DNA of 64,000 nucleotides, taken from assembly GCA_963722795.1 (NCBI GenBank), contig CAVROD010000003.1:1056-65055 (forward strand), in the 5' to 3' direction. Below, piece after piece: positions 45,317 through 56,086 of this stretch; the first letter of the stretch is position 1; every line of letters starts with the position of its first letter. A program made the position numbers and the translations under genes. The notes below the pieces were generated by a model, which worked only from the letters and a program-made list of their open reading frames with translations, was not told the origin of the DNA and searched no databases. Source of the DNA: an uncultured Actinomycetes bacterium (lineage in GTDB: Bacteria > Actinomycetota > UBA4738 > HRBIN12).

Positions 45317-47004
45317 CTAACGGCGGTCGTGGCGACGGCTCGACTCGGCGGCGCCGACGCACGGCGCGCTCGCGCACCGCGCGAGAGCACCCGGGCGAGC
45401 TCGGCGCCCCCCTCGACCGGCTCGGCGGGCGCGACGTCGCACGCCTCGAGCGCGCGGGCCGATGCGCGGCGATCCACGAACGGACGGCCGCGAGCTCGTC
45501 GGCGCGATCGCGCGGGCACGGCGAGGTGAGCGGTTCGCCGGCGGCTCCCGGCGTGCGCAGCGCTCCACGGTCGAACCGCAAGGGCGTCGCCGATCGCCGC
45601 GGGCGTCGCCGGCTCGCAGTTCGAGCCGGCCGGCTCGACGAGCCAGGCGTCGGTGCGCGAGCGCCAGAGGGCCTCGGCGAGCGCCCGCAGCCGGTCGCGC
45701 ACCGAGCGGCTTCCTCGAAGCGCTCGGCGTCGGCGAGGCGGGCCATGCGGCGTTCGAGCGCTTCGAGGAGCCCGCCCGGGCTGGAAGCAGGGAGGAGGCG
45801 AGCCATCGGACGAGCTCTCCGTAGCGTTCGGGGTCGATGCGGCCGTCGCAGGGTGCGAGGCAGCGGCCCATGTCGGCGAGGGCGCACGGTGCGAACCGCG
45901 TGGCGAGCGCCCATCGCGGTGGTGCACCGGCGGATCGGGCACGACCTCCTCGAGGGCTTCCTTGGCGAGCCGCGCGCGGGCGCTCGAGCCGAACGGCCCG
46001 AGGTAGATGCGGCCGTCGCCGGGCTTGGCCTCGCGGACGACCTTGAGCCGTGGCAAGGCCTCGCGGGGATCGAGCTTGAGGTAGGCGTAGCGTCGCCAGG
46101 TCTTGCCGCGGCGGTTGTACTTCGGCTCGTGCCGGCGGATCAGGCGAGCCTCGACCACGAGCGCCTCGAGCTCGCCGTCGCAGCCGATGCCCTCGACCGA
46201 GCGGACCTCGTCGAGCAGGTGCACGATCTTCTTGCGCTCGTCGCCGTAGAAGTAGGACTTCACGCGCGCCCGCAGGTCCTTGGACTTGCCCACGTAGAGC
46301 ACGCGGCCGTCGCGGCCGCGGAACAGGTACACGCCCGGCGCGTGCGGGAGATCGTCGGCGAGCGCGGATCTTGCCGAAGTTGGGCCGGCCGCTGCGCGCG
46401 CACCGCCTCGGTGAGGTCGCCGAGCGTCACGATGCCGAGCCGGCCGCCGAGGTCGAGCAGCCCGTGCAGGACCTCGGCGCAGGCCTCGGCGTCGTCGAGC
46501 GCCCGGTGGGTCGGGCTTCACCCGCGTGCGGAAGTAGCTGCGCGAGCGTGTGCAGCCGCACGTTGGGCACGTCGGGCCACACCACCCGGCGCGCGAGCCG
46601 GGCGGTGCAGACGCGGCGGCCCCGGCAGCGCCGGGTAGTCGAGCGCGTCGCAGCGCGCGTTGAGGAACGCCGAAGTCGAACCCCGCGTTGTGCGCCACGA
46701 ACACCGAACCGCGCGAGGAACTCGAGGAACGCCGGCAGCACCTGCTCGATGCGGCGGCTCCGCCGCGACGAGCCGGTCGTCGATGCCGGTGAGGTGCGCG
46801 ATCGACGGCGGGATCGGGCGCACGCGGGTTCACCAGCGTCTGGAACGTGCCGAGCCGCTCGCCGCCCCGGAACTTCACCGCGCCGATCTCGGTGATGGCG
46901 TCGGCGACGGGGGAGCCCCCCGTGGTCTCGAGGTCGACGACGCAGAACGTGACCTCGGCGAGCGGCACGCCCAGCTCGAGTGTGGTCTGGACCGGATCGG
47001 ACAT
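45317..47004 (-). pseudogene. DEDD 3'-5' exonuclease fused to a GIY-YIG (UvrC/Cho-like) nuclease domain, many frameshifts
   Basis: Exo[10 protein letters not shown], Exo[13 protein letters not shown], Exo[12 protein letters not shown], then GIY-YIG PGVYLFRGRDGRVLYVGKSKDLRARVKSYF and LIRRHEPKYN. Three frames are involved and the C-terminal end is uncertain. Confidence 0.8.
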
Positions 47005-47082
47005 GTGGGCCGGCTCGTGCAACGGGGAAGGCATCGACCCAGATGGTGACGCCCGCCACCGACACGCCGAGCCCGGTGCGCG

Positions 47083-47678
47083 TCAGCCGGTGGGGTAGAG
47101 GGCGCGCTCGACGAGGAGCGCGAGGAGCTGCTCCACGGCCAGATGGCACTCCTGGATGTGTGCGGTCACGGTCGACGGCACGCGGATCGCGACGTCGGCG
47201 AGCGGCGCGAGCGCCCCGCCGGTCGCGCCGGTGAGCGCGACGACGCGGCACGTCCGACGTGCCCGCCTGCTCGGCGGCGCGCAGGATGTTCGCCGAGTTG
47301 CCGCTCGTGGAGATCGCGATCAGCACGTCGCCCGCGCGGCCGAGCGACTCGACCTGGCGCGCGAAGACCCCCTCGACGCCGAAGTCGTTCGCGATCGCGG
47401 TCAGCAGCGAGGTGTCGGTGGTGAGGGCGATGGCCGGGATCGACGGCCGTGGGTTGTCGACCGTGAGCGTGCTCACGAACTCGGTGGCCAGGTGCTGGGC
47501 GTCGGCGGCGCTGCCGCCGTTGCCGCAGATCAGCAGCTTGCCGCCCGCGCGCAGGGAGGCGATGAGCGATCTCGGCGGCCGCGACGACGTCGTCGAGGCA
47601 CTCGGCCGCGACCGAGCGCACGGTCTCGGCGGTCGCGCGCAGGTACGCCCCGGCGGTCTCGCGATGGTCCTCGGTCAC
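47083..47678 (-). pseudogene. gmhA: D-sedoheptulose-7-phosphate isomerase (SIS domain), frameshifted
   Basis: GTG 47678 overlaps the gmhB stop. [29 protein letters not shown]-terminal [16 protein letters not shown]. The 596-nt span is not a multiple of 3. Confidence 0.8.
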
Positions 47679-48247
47679 TCGGCCTCCTGGTCGACGAGCG
47701 AGGCGATGATAGCTGCGGCGGCCGCGAGGTCCGGCACCACGTGATCGGCCGAGCCCTCGGCCCGGGCGCGTTCCTCGACCCCGTGACCCGTGAGCACGAG
47801 GAAGGTGGTCGCCCCCACCGCCCGGCCCATGCCGACGTCGCCCGCGTGGTCGCCGACCACGAACGAACGGCTCGGGTCGAACCCGAAGCGAGCAGCGGCC
47901 TCGAGCGCCATGCCCGTGCCGGGCTTGCGGCACTCGCAGCCGTGCTCGGGCGCGTGCGGGCAATGGAGGATGGCGTCGACCGACGCCCCCTCGGCGGCGA
48001 GCAGCGCGATGAGGTGGTCGTGGATCGCCGTGAGTCGTTCCTCCGTGAGGAGCCCGCGTCCGATCTGCGCCTGGTTCGTGACCACCACGATGCCGAGTCC
48101 CTGCTCGCGCAGTCCCCGGATCGCGACCGCCGAACCGTGGATGAGGGTCAGGTCGCCGGGATGGTCGAGGTAGCCGACCTCCTCGTTGATCGTGCCGTCG
48201 CGGTCGAGCAGGACGAAGCGCCGCGGCGTCGCGGCAGCGCCCGTCAC
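47675..48247 (-). CDS. gmhB: D,D-heptose 1,7-bisphosphate phosphatase (HAD-IIIA)
   Basis: GTG 48247. LLDRDGTIN (DxDGT), VVTNQ, CECRKPGTGM, VGDHAGDV. The frame appears intact. Confidence 0.8.
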   Translation of the reverse strand: MTGAAATPRRFVLLDRDGTINEEVGYLDHPGDLTLIHGSAVAIRGLREQGLGIVVVTNQAQIGRGLLTEERLTAIHDHLIALLAAEGASVDAILHCPHAPEHGCECRKPGTGMALEAAARFGFDPSRSFVVGDHAGDVGMGRAVGATTFLVLTGHGVEERARAEGSADHVVPDLAAAAAIIASLVDQEAE

Positions 48248-49292
48248 GCGCGCACGGGCGCCCACGGGCGGTCGCCGCGCCGGCGCGCGACGCCGTCGGG
48301 GTCGAACTGCGAACGAGGCGAACTGGCCGCCCATCGACTCGAGCGCGCGCGCGCACCGCCGGCTCGCGCCTCGGGGGGCGTGCGACCAGCAGGTACCCGC
48401 CACCGCCCGCGCCGCAGATCTTGCCCCGGTCGCGCCGGCGCCGGGCGGCCGCGTCGAGCATCGCCTCGATCGGCGTGTCCTCGGCGATGTGCGGGTTCAT
48501 GCGCTGCTTCGCCTCGAACGCGTCGTGCAGCATCGCGCCGAGCCGCGGCATGTCGCCGGCCTCGAGGGCGTCGCGCATGGCGTAGGCCATCTCGTGCAGT
48601 TGCTTCATGCCCAGCATCGTGTCCTCCCGACCGGCTTCGGTACAGGCGATCTGCGGTCGATCAGCCCCACGTTGCGCCGGACGCTGCCCGTGTAGCAGAG
48701 CAGCAGGTGCTGCGGAGCTCCTCGAGCGCGCGGGGCCGGCGTCGACGGGCGTGCACGCGACCCCGTCGCGGCAGAACTCGATGAGGTTGAAGCCGCCGAA
48801 CGCCGCGGCGTACTGGTCCTGCCACCCGCCCGCGATGCGCAGGTCGTCGCGTTCGATCGCGTACGAGGTGCGGGCGAGTCGTCGCAGGTCATGGTGCGCT
48901 CGGCGAGGCAGGCGAGGGCGGCGACGACCGCGGTCACGAGGGCCGACGACCCGCCGAGGCCGCTGCCGGCCGGCGCCTCCGACTCGATGTCGACATCGAG
49001 ACCGCCGTCGACGCCGATGCGGTCGATCGCGGCCTTCGCGAGGTCCATGACCCCGTCGTACTGCGGACCGTCGTCGAGGTGGTACGCGACCAGGTGACCG
49101 AGGTCGAGCGAGCGGACGCGAACCTGCGCGGTCGTCGCGCGGGGTCATCGTCACGCGCACGACGTGGTCGATCGTGGTGGAGAGCACCGCGCCGCCGTGC
49201 TCGCGGTACTAATGCGGGAAGTCCGTGCCGCCGCCCACGAAGCTGATGCGCAGCGGGGCGAGCGCGTAGACGGGTGTGGTGTCGATGGGCAT
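48244..49292 (-). pseudogene. GHMP-family sugar kinase (heptose-7-phosphate kinase HddA-like), in-frame TAG plus frameshifts
   Basis: ATG 49292. RISFVGGGTDFPH-TAG-YREHGG (TAG at 49209-49211), GHMP motif PAGSGLGGSSA, GGWQDQYAAAFGG, KICGAGGGGYLL. The stop overlaps the gmhB start. Confidence 0.75.
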
Positions 49293-49353
49293 GGCTCGCC
49301 CGCCAGTCTATCGGCGCCAGTCTGGGGGCCGCCCGGGCCGGGCGGCGGCACGC

Positions 49354-49632
49354 TCAGGCCACGCGTCGCTGCAGTCGCCGGCGCTGCTGCTCGGTGAGCC
49401 CGCCCCACACGCCGTAGCGCTCGCCGTTCTTGAGCGCCCAGGCCAGGCACTCCTCCTGGATGCGGCACGAGCCGCAGAAGGTGAGGGCGGGGCCGGCCTC
49501 CTCCTCGGTGACGGGGAAGAAGATGTCGGGGTCGACGCCGAAGCAAGCGGCGCGGTCCTGCCAGTAGTCGGGGGGTGCGGGGTCCCTCGGAAGGACGCTG
49601 ACGTCGACGTTCGGGAACCGCTCGATCCTCAC
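49354..49632 (-). CDS. WhiB-family redox-sensing transcription factor
   Basis: Four Cys (AACFG, FCGSCRIQEEC) and GVWGG followed by a basic tail. GTG 49632 has GAGGGGGAGG 8 nt upstream. Alternative ATG at 49671. Confidence 0.85.
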   Translation of the reverse strand: MRIERFPNVDVSVLPRDPAPPDYWQDRAACFGVDPDIFFPVTEEEAGPALTFCGSCRIQEECLAWALKNGERYGVWGGLTEQQRRRLQRRVA

Positions 49633-49778
49633 TGATCGTTCCTCCCCCTCGGAGCGTCCCCGCGCGGACATCACCCGCGGAAGACGATTCATAGCAGAGG
49701 GGCAGGCGTCGACGGAAGGGGTCGAAGGCATGCATCCGCGCATACGACACCCGAGGGACTCGAAATGGCTCGAACGGG

Positions 49779-50636
49779 CTAGTCCGACGAGCCGACAGGG
49801 AGGAATCGATCGCCGCCCGGCGTCGCGAGCGGTGCCGATCGCGGCTGCCACATGATCGACGCCAGCACGACCGTGCCGCCTCGGTCGTCGATCGCCGCGC
49901 TCGTGACCGTGCCGACTTCGGCGCCGTCGGTGCTCGCGACGGATGCGCCCGCGTCCACCGATGCGTCGACCGCAGGTGCATCAGGACTCGTGGTGGATGG
50001 CCGAGGTTGCGAACGCGGGCGACCGACTCCTGTCCGAGGAAGCACCCCTTCGCGGCGTCGATCGTCGCGTCGAGGGCGGCCTCGGCCGGGATCGAGGTCT
50101 CATCGAAGTCGGCGCCCATGCGAGCCCGGCCGGTGCGGATGCGCCAGACCTCGGCCGCGTCGCCCCCGACGAGCATGCGTCCGAGCGGCGGCACCGAGCC
50201 GCCATCGAGCAGCACGTCGACCCCCGGGCCGAGTGATCGAGGGCGCGAAGCCCTCGATGGCATCGTCGGATCCCGGCAGCGCCATCAGGTGCCGCGTGGC
50301 GGACCGGTCGTGCAGCTCGACGTCGGACGAGAGCACGTACGGGGCGAGCGTGACGCCGACGTCGGCGCCGGCGCGGGGCTCTTGGAACAGCCAGAAGCCC
50401 TCGTCGGCGCAGGCCACCTGCAGGTCGGCCCTGATGTGGCCGGTGGGGTCGAGCAGCAGCGAGCGACGCGCCTGTCCGGGTCGCAGCGAGGCCACATCGG
50501 TGGTGATGAGGTCGCCCAGCCACCGCCGCGCGTCGGCGCCGGTGACCTGCACCGCGCGGTAGCCGGACAGGTCGAGCGCCGCACGCCCCTGCGCCAGGGC
50601 GGCGAGTTCGTCGGCGGGCGCGGTGAGCGGTGGCAT
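49779..50636 (-). pseudogene. ygfZ: YgfZ-type folate-binding protein (GcvT-like fold), two frameshifts
   Basis: ATG 50636. Signature KGCFLGQE, then GTVTSAA..VVLASI at the C-terminus. Segments lie in the frames of ORFs 50100, 49151 and 49779. Shifts near 50240 and 49990. Confidence 0.7.
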
Positions 50637-50659
50637 GGCTCTGGCAGGATATCGGCACC

Positions 50660-51798
50660 GTGGACGTGCCTCGCACCCTGCTCGTGACGAACGACTACCC
50701 GCCGAGCGTGGGGGGCATCCAGCGCACGCTCGAGGCGCTCGCGCGCGAGCTGCCTCCTGACCGCATCTCGGTGTTCTGTCCGGGCCACGTCGACGGCGCC
50801 GGGTTCGACGCTCGCTGCGCCGTACCGGATACTGCGCCAGCCCGAGCCGTTCCTGTGGCCCACGCCCGAGGTGGGCAGGCGCGCTGGAGGGCGCGGTGCG
50901 CGAGACCGGGGCCGAGGTCGTGCTGTTCGGCGCCACCTACCCGCTCGCGATGCTCGGGCCCCGACTCGCGAAGGCGGGGGTGCCGTACCTGTCGGCCGCC
51001 CACGGCTTCGAGTACTGGCTCTCGATCGCGCCCGGCACCCACGCGGCGATGCGCTACGCGACCTCGGGGGCCGATCGCGTGCCGGTGATGTGCAGCGAGT
51101 TCATCGCCCGCACCGTGCGCACGGCCGTGCCCCGCCGCGTGCCCGTGTCGGTGCTCTACCCGGGCGCCGACCTCGACGGCCTTCCGCCCCGACCTCGCCG
51201 ACCGCGGACCTCCGCGAGCGGCACGGGCTCGGGGACCGCCCGCTGGTGGTCTGCGTGAGCCGGCTGGTCGCTCGCAAGGGCCAGGACGTGTTGATCCGCG
51301 GGATGGACGCGGTGCGCGCGCCGCGTGCCCGAGGCGACACTGGTGATCGTCGGCGGCGGACCCTCCGAGGCCACGCTCCGAGGCGCTCGCGGCCGATGCG
51401 CCCGCCGGCTCGGTCGTCTTCGCCGGCCAGGTCTCCGAGGAGGATCTGCCCCGCTACTACGCCCTCGGCGACGTCTTCGCGATGCCCTGCCGCACGCGCC
51501 TGGGTGGGCTCGAGGTGGAGGGATGGGGCAACGTGTTCATCGAGGCGGCGGCCTGTGCCAAGCCCGTGGTCGTGGGCGACTCGGGCGGCGCGCGCGAAGC
51601 GCTCGTCGACGGCGAGACGGGCATCCTCGTCGACGGTCGCGATGAACGCCGGGTCGCCGACGCCGTCGCCGACCTGCTCGCCGACCCCGATCGTGCGCGC
51701 GCGATGGGGGCGGCCGGCGTGCCCGGGTCGAACGAGAGCACACGTGGCCGGGGATCGCTCGCACGCTCGTGCGCTGGTTGCAGCACGCGGCGGGGTAG
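50660..51798 (+). pseudogene. GT4-family glycosyltransferase (PimB-like), multiple frameshifts
   Basis: LLVTNDYPPSVGGIQ at the N-terminus, VSRLVARKGQD, EGWGNVFIEAAACAKPVVVGDSGGAREAL (E-x7-E). The start could also be ATG 50630. Confidence 0.8.
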
Positions 51799-51855
51799 CG
51801 CCAGACGGGACGGAGCTTCGTTCGTCGCGAGGTTCGCCGGGGGTACGCTGATCCG

Positions 51856-52533
51856 ATGCAGACCGGATCAGGAGCCGGCGCCGACCGCCGTTGCCCCGAC
51901 TGCGGCGCGCTCGCGAGTCCCGACGCCGAATGGTGTGGCCAGTGCTTCCGCTCGCTCGCCGAACCCGAGCCCCAGCTGGAACCCGCCGCCGATCCCGCAC
52001 CGCACCATGCCGCGTTCGCCGCCGGGCGCGCCGAGGGCGCCACGGCCGAGCGGCCGGCTCGAGCGCCCGTCTGGCCGTGCCCCGCCTGCGAGCACGAGAA
52101 CCCGATCGAGCTCGACGCCTGTGCCGTCTGCGGCACCACTTTCGCCGCCTTGATGCGCCAGGCGGAGCCCCGCCGAAGGTCGACCCCATCGATGCGTTGA
52201 AGGCGTCGCTGCTCTTCCCGGGCCTCGGGCACCGCAAGGTCGGTCGGAGCCTCGACGGGCTGGCGCGCGGCGTGTTGTTCGCCGTGCTCGCCTCGATGGC
52301 CGCCACCGATGTTCGTCGCCGGTGTCACGACGCCCGGCACCTTCGGCGTGTTCGCGCTCTTCCTCGGCGCAGCCCTGCTCGTCTATGTGGGGTCCGCGTT
52401 CGAGGCGTACCGGCTGGCCGACGGCGGGCAACCGTTCGTGTCCTCGCGCGCGCTGCTGTGGGCGACGGTCGTCGTCATCATCGGGTCGGTGCTCCTGCTC
52501 GCGGTCAGCGTCGTCACGGTGGCCAGACGCTAG
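51856..52533 (+). pseudogene. Double zinc-ribbon protein with C-terminal TM helices, two frameshifts
   Basis: CPDCG..CGQC and CPACEHEN..CAVCG, then LLFPGLGH..GVLFAVLA and FALFLGAALLVYVG..VVVIIGSVLLLAV in shifted frames. Confidence 0.6.
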
Positions 52534-52545
52534 GATTCCGCGCCG

Positions 52546-52989
52546 ATGGAACACGCCGAAGGCTCGATCGTGATCGATGCACCGCTCGAAGACGTGATGG
52601 AGGTCATCGAGGACTACGAGTCCTATCCCGAGTGGGCCGACGTGCGCTCGGTCGACGTGCGCCAGCGGGGCGAGGGCGGGCGCGCCACCGAGGTGGCGTT
52701 CGAGGTCGACGTGCCGGTGCTCGGGCAAGGCGTCGTACACGCTCGCCTACCGCTACGCGCCCGGCGACACCGGCCTGTCCTGGGCGACGACGGAGGCGCG
52801 CGGGGCGATCCGCGACATCCGCGGCGAGTACCTGCTGCACGAGGTCGACGACGCCACCACGAAGGTGACCTACCGGCTCGGCGGTCGAGCTCGGCGTGCT
52901 CGTGCCGGGGTTCCTTCGCACGCGAGGGCGCGAAGCGCGTGATCGAGAACGCGCTCGAGCAGCTGAAGCGTCGCGTCGAGATGGGGTGA
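52546..52989 (+). pseudogene. SRPBCC (cyclase/dehydrase-like) protein; ORF stays open but the middle is out of frame
   Basis: Ends read correctly in the ORF frame (GSIVIDAPLEDVMEVIEDYESYPEW .. REGAKRVIENALEQLK). The sensible middle (KASYTLAYRYAPGDTGLSWATTEARGAIRDIRGEYLLHEV, AVELGVLVPGFLR) is in other frames. Confidence 0.65.
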
Positions 52990-53039
52990 GCCGGCGCGTC
53001 CGGCGGCTCCGATCGGCATCCACCGTCTAAGCTGCACGC

Positions 53040-54244
53040 ATGCGCGTCGTGCTGTTCACCGGCAAGGGCGGGGTCGGCAAGACGACCGTCGCCGCGGCCA
53101 CCGCCGTGCGTGCCGCGCGGGGCAGGCGCTCGCACGCTCGTGATGTCGACCGACCCGGCGCATTCGCTCGCCGACTCGCTTCGAGATCGAGATCGGCTCG
53201 GAGCCCACCGAGATCGTCGCCCAACCTGTGGGCCCAGCAGATCGACGCGCAGGAGCGGCTCGAGGACAACTGGCGTGAGATCCAGGACTACTTCATCCAG
53301 CTGATGAACTGGGCGGGCACCGAGACGATCCAGGCCGAGGAGCTCACGGTGCTCCCCGGCCTCGACGAGATCTTCGCCCTGATCGACGTGAAGACGCACG
53401 TCGAGAGCGGCAGCTACGACATGCTCGTCGTCGACTGCGCGCCTACCGCCGAGACGCTGCGCCTGCTGTCGCTTCCCGAGATCATGAACTGGTACATCGA
53501 GCGCATCTTCCCCGTGGAGCGGCGCATCGTGAAGACCGTGCGCCCGATCCTGTCGAAGATGACCTCGCTGCCGATCGCGGGCGACCAGGTCTTCGCCGCG
53601 GTCGAGCGGCTGCACCGCAACCTCGACGCCGTGAAGCAGATCCTCACCGACGAGCACATGGCGTCGGTGCGCCTGGTCGTGAACCCCGAGAAGATGGTGA
53701 TCTCCGAGGCGCGCCGCACCTACACCTACCTCGGCCTGTTCGGGTACCGCGTCGACGCGGTGGTCGTGAACCGCATCATCCCCGAGGAGGTGACCGACCC
53801 GTACTTCGGCAAGTGGAAGGACATCCAGGCGGAGCACCTCGCCACCGTGCACGAGTCGTTCGAGCCGGTCCCGATCCTCGAGGCGCGGCTGTTCGATCGC
53901 GAGATGGTCGGGCGTGCCGCTGCTCGCCGAGATGGGCACCGAGGTCTACGGCGAGCTCGACGTGACCGCCGTGCTGTACCACGACGACCCGATCCGGGTG
54001 CGCAAGCGTGGCGACGGGCTACGTCCTGTCGATGCGGCTGCCGTTCGTCTCACGCGACGACATGGACATCCATCGTCGCGGCGAGGAGCTCTACGTCCGC
54101 GTGGGCTCGTACAAGCGGAACCTCATCCTGCCGCAGACCCTCAAGCGCCTCGTCGTGCGCGAGGCGAACTTCGCGGGCGATCATCTGGAGATCCTGTTCG
54201 GCAAGGCACCGACGGACGACCTGGCGCCACCGTCGACCCCGTGA
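53040..54244 (+). pseudogene. ArsA/Get3-family ATPase, about five frameshifts
   Basis: P-loop GKGGVGKTT, RTLVMSTDPAHSLADS, DCAPTAETLRLLSLP, C-terminal LSMRLPFVSRDDMDIHRRGEELYVRVGSYKRN. Shifts near 53125, 53185, 53222, 53910 and 54010. Confidence 0.85.
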
Positions 54245-55202
54245 GCGAGCCGGGGCCGGCGATCGGCATCGATGTCGGCGGCACGAAGACCGCCGCGGTC
54301 CTCGTCGGGCGCGACGGCACGGTGCTCGGGCGCGGCGTGCGGCCCACGCCGGCCGAGGACGAGCAGGCCACCCTCGAGACGATGGTCGAGCTGGCCCGCT
54401 CGCTGATGATCGAGGGTATCGTCGGCGTCGGCATCGCCGCCGCCGGCCTGGTCGACCTCGAGGGGACGATGCGCTATTCCGCCGAACCTCGCCTGGCGCG
54501 ACGTGCCGCTCGCCGGGTTCGTGGGCTCGGCGCTCGGCCTCCCTGCGGTCGCCGACAACGACGTGAACGCGGCCGCATGGGGCGAGTTCCGCTTCGGGGC
54601 CGGTCGCGAGACGCGGCACATGTTCATGATCACGGTGGGCACGGGCATCGGCGGCGGCATCGTCGTCGACGGCACGCCCTACCGGGGCGCGCACGGGTTC
54701 GCGGCGGAATGGGCCACATCGTGGTGGAGCCGGACGGCCCCCGATGCGGGTGTGGCAACCGGGGGTGCTGGGAGCAGGTGGCGAGCGGCACGGCGATCAC
54801 GCGGAAGGGACGGGCGGCGGCGGCGCGCCACCCCCATTCGGCGCTCGTGCAGCTGTCCGGCGGCGATCCCGATGCCGTGACGGGCGCGATGGTGACCGAG
54901 GCCGCCCGCGCCGGCGACACGGTCTGCCGGGGCATCTTCGTGGAGGTCGGCCATGCGCTCGGTGTCGGGCATCGCGGGCCTCGTGAACGTGCTCGACCCC
55001 GAGCTCGATCGTGGTGGGCGGTGGAGCGGCGACGGCGGGCGACCTGCTGCTCGCGCCCGCACGCGACGCGTTCCACCGCTCGGTGGAAGGGGTCGATCAC
55101 CGTCCCGATGTGCCGATCGTGGAAGCGGGGCTCGGCATCGACGCCGGCGCGATCGGGGCCGCCGCGCTGGCGTTCGATCTCGAGGGAGCCACCCGCGCGT
55201 GA
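54241..55202 (+). pseudogene. ROK-family glucokinase, about four frameshifts
   Basis: GTG 54241 overlaps the ArsA stop. GIDVGGTK, DNDVNAAAWGE, GTGIGGG, zinc motif GHIVVEPDGPRCGCGNRGCWE. Shifts near 54483, 54708, 54970 and 55007. Confidence 0.85.
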
Positions 55203-56086
55203 GGCTCGGCATCTCGCTGCCCGTGTTCACCGCCGACCCGTCGAGGCCGTTCGACGTCGCCTCGCGCGCGCGATCGCTCGGGGTCGACGGGGTCTTCGCC
55301 CCCGACCATCTCTTCCCCCCGGTGTTCTATCCGCCGTCGGGCGCCGATCGGCCGGCGCTGGAGGTCTTCTCGTTGCTCTCGGCGATCGCCGTGCGCGAGC
55401 CCGGGCTGCACGTGGGCACGCTGGTCACGCGCGTCACCCTGCGTTCGCCGGGGCTGCTCGCGAAACAGGCGGCGGCGCTCGACGCGATGTCTCAGCGGGC
55501 GGGCCGTGCTCGGCATCGGCACCGGCGACCGGGCCTCGGCCGAGGAACACGAACGGTTCGGCTTCCCGTTCCCGCGCGCAGCCGAACGCCTCGAGACGCT
55601 CGAGGAGACCGTCGATGCGTTACGGGCACTGTTCGGCGGGCGCACATGGCCGGGCGGGCGCGCACGTGCCGTCGATGACCGGCCCCCTGCTGCCGCCCGG
55701 CGAGCCCGCGATCTGGGTCGGTGGGCTGTCCGACGCCGTGCTGGAGGTCGCCGCGCGCGTCGCCGATGCGTGGAACGGGTGGGGCCTCGACGCCGAGGCG
55801 TTCGCCGCGCGCGCAGACACGCTGCGGTCGCTCGCCGGTGCACGCCTCGTCGCCCCGACGTGGGCGGGCATCGCCCTGGTGGGGGAGGACCGCTGCCGAC
55901 CTCGACCGGCTTCGCGCCGAGCGCGCTGCGCGGGGCCTGTCCCTCGACGGCGTCTGGAGCGGCACCGCCGCTGATTGGGCCGTGTTCACCGACCGGCTCG
56001 GGGCGGCGGGGGCCACCTGGTGCGTGGTGCAGCCGGCCGGGCCCGCCGACCGGCTCGACCTGATCGCGGCGGCGACCAGCCGATGA
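55199..56086 (+). pseudogene. Luciferase-like (LLM) oxidoreductase, probably F420-dependent, three frameshifts
   Basis: GTG 55199 overlaps the ROK stop. LGVDGVFAPDHL, VTRVTLRSPGLLAKQAAALD, LGIGTGD. Shifts near 55495, 55655 and 55890. Confidence 0.7.

Noticed and set aside
43725-49187. Large minus-strand ORFs 43725..44921, 45028..47034 and 47166..49187, each appearing to fuse several functions
   Set aside because: Each one strings together in-frame pieces of two or three neighbouring frameshifted genes (AsnC-like/thiolase, thiolase/nuclease, gmhA/gmhB/kinase). They are not true fusion proteins.
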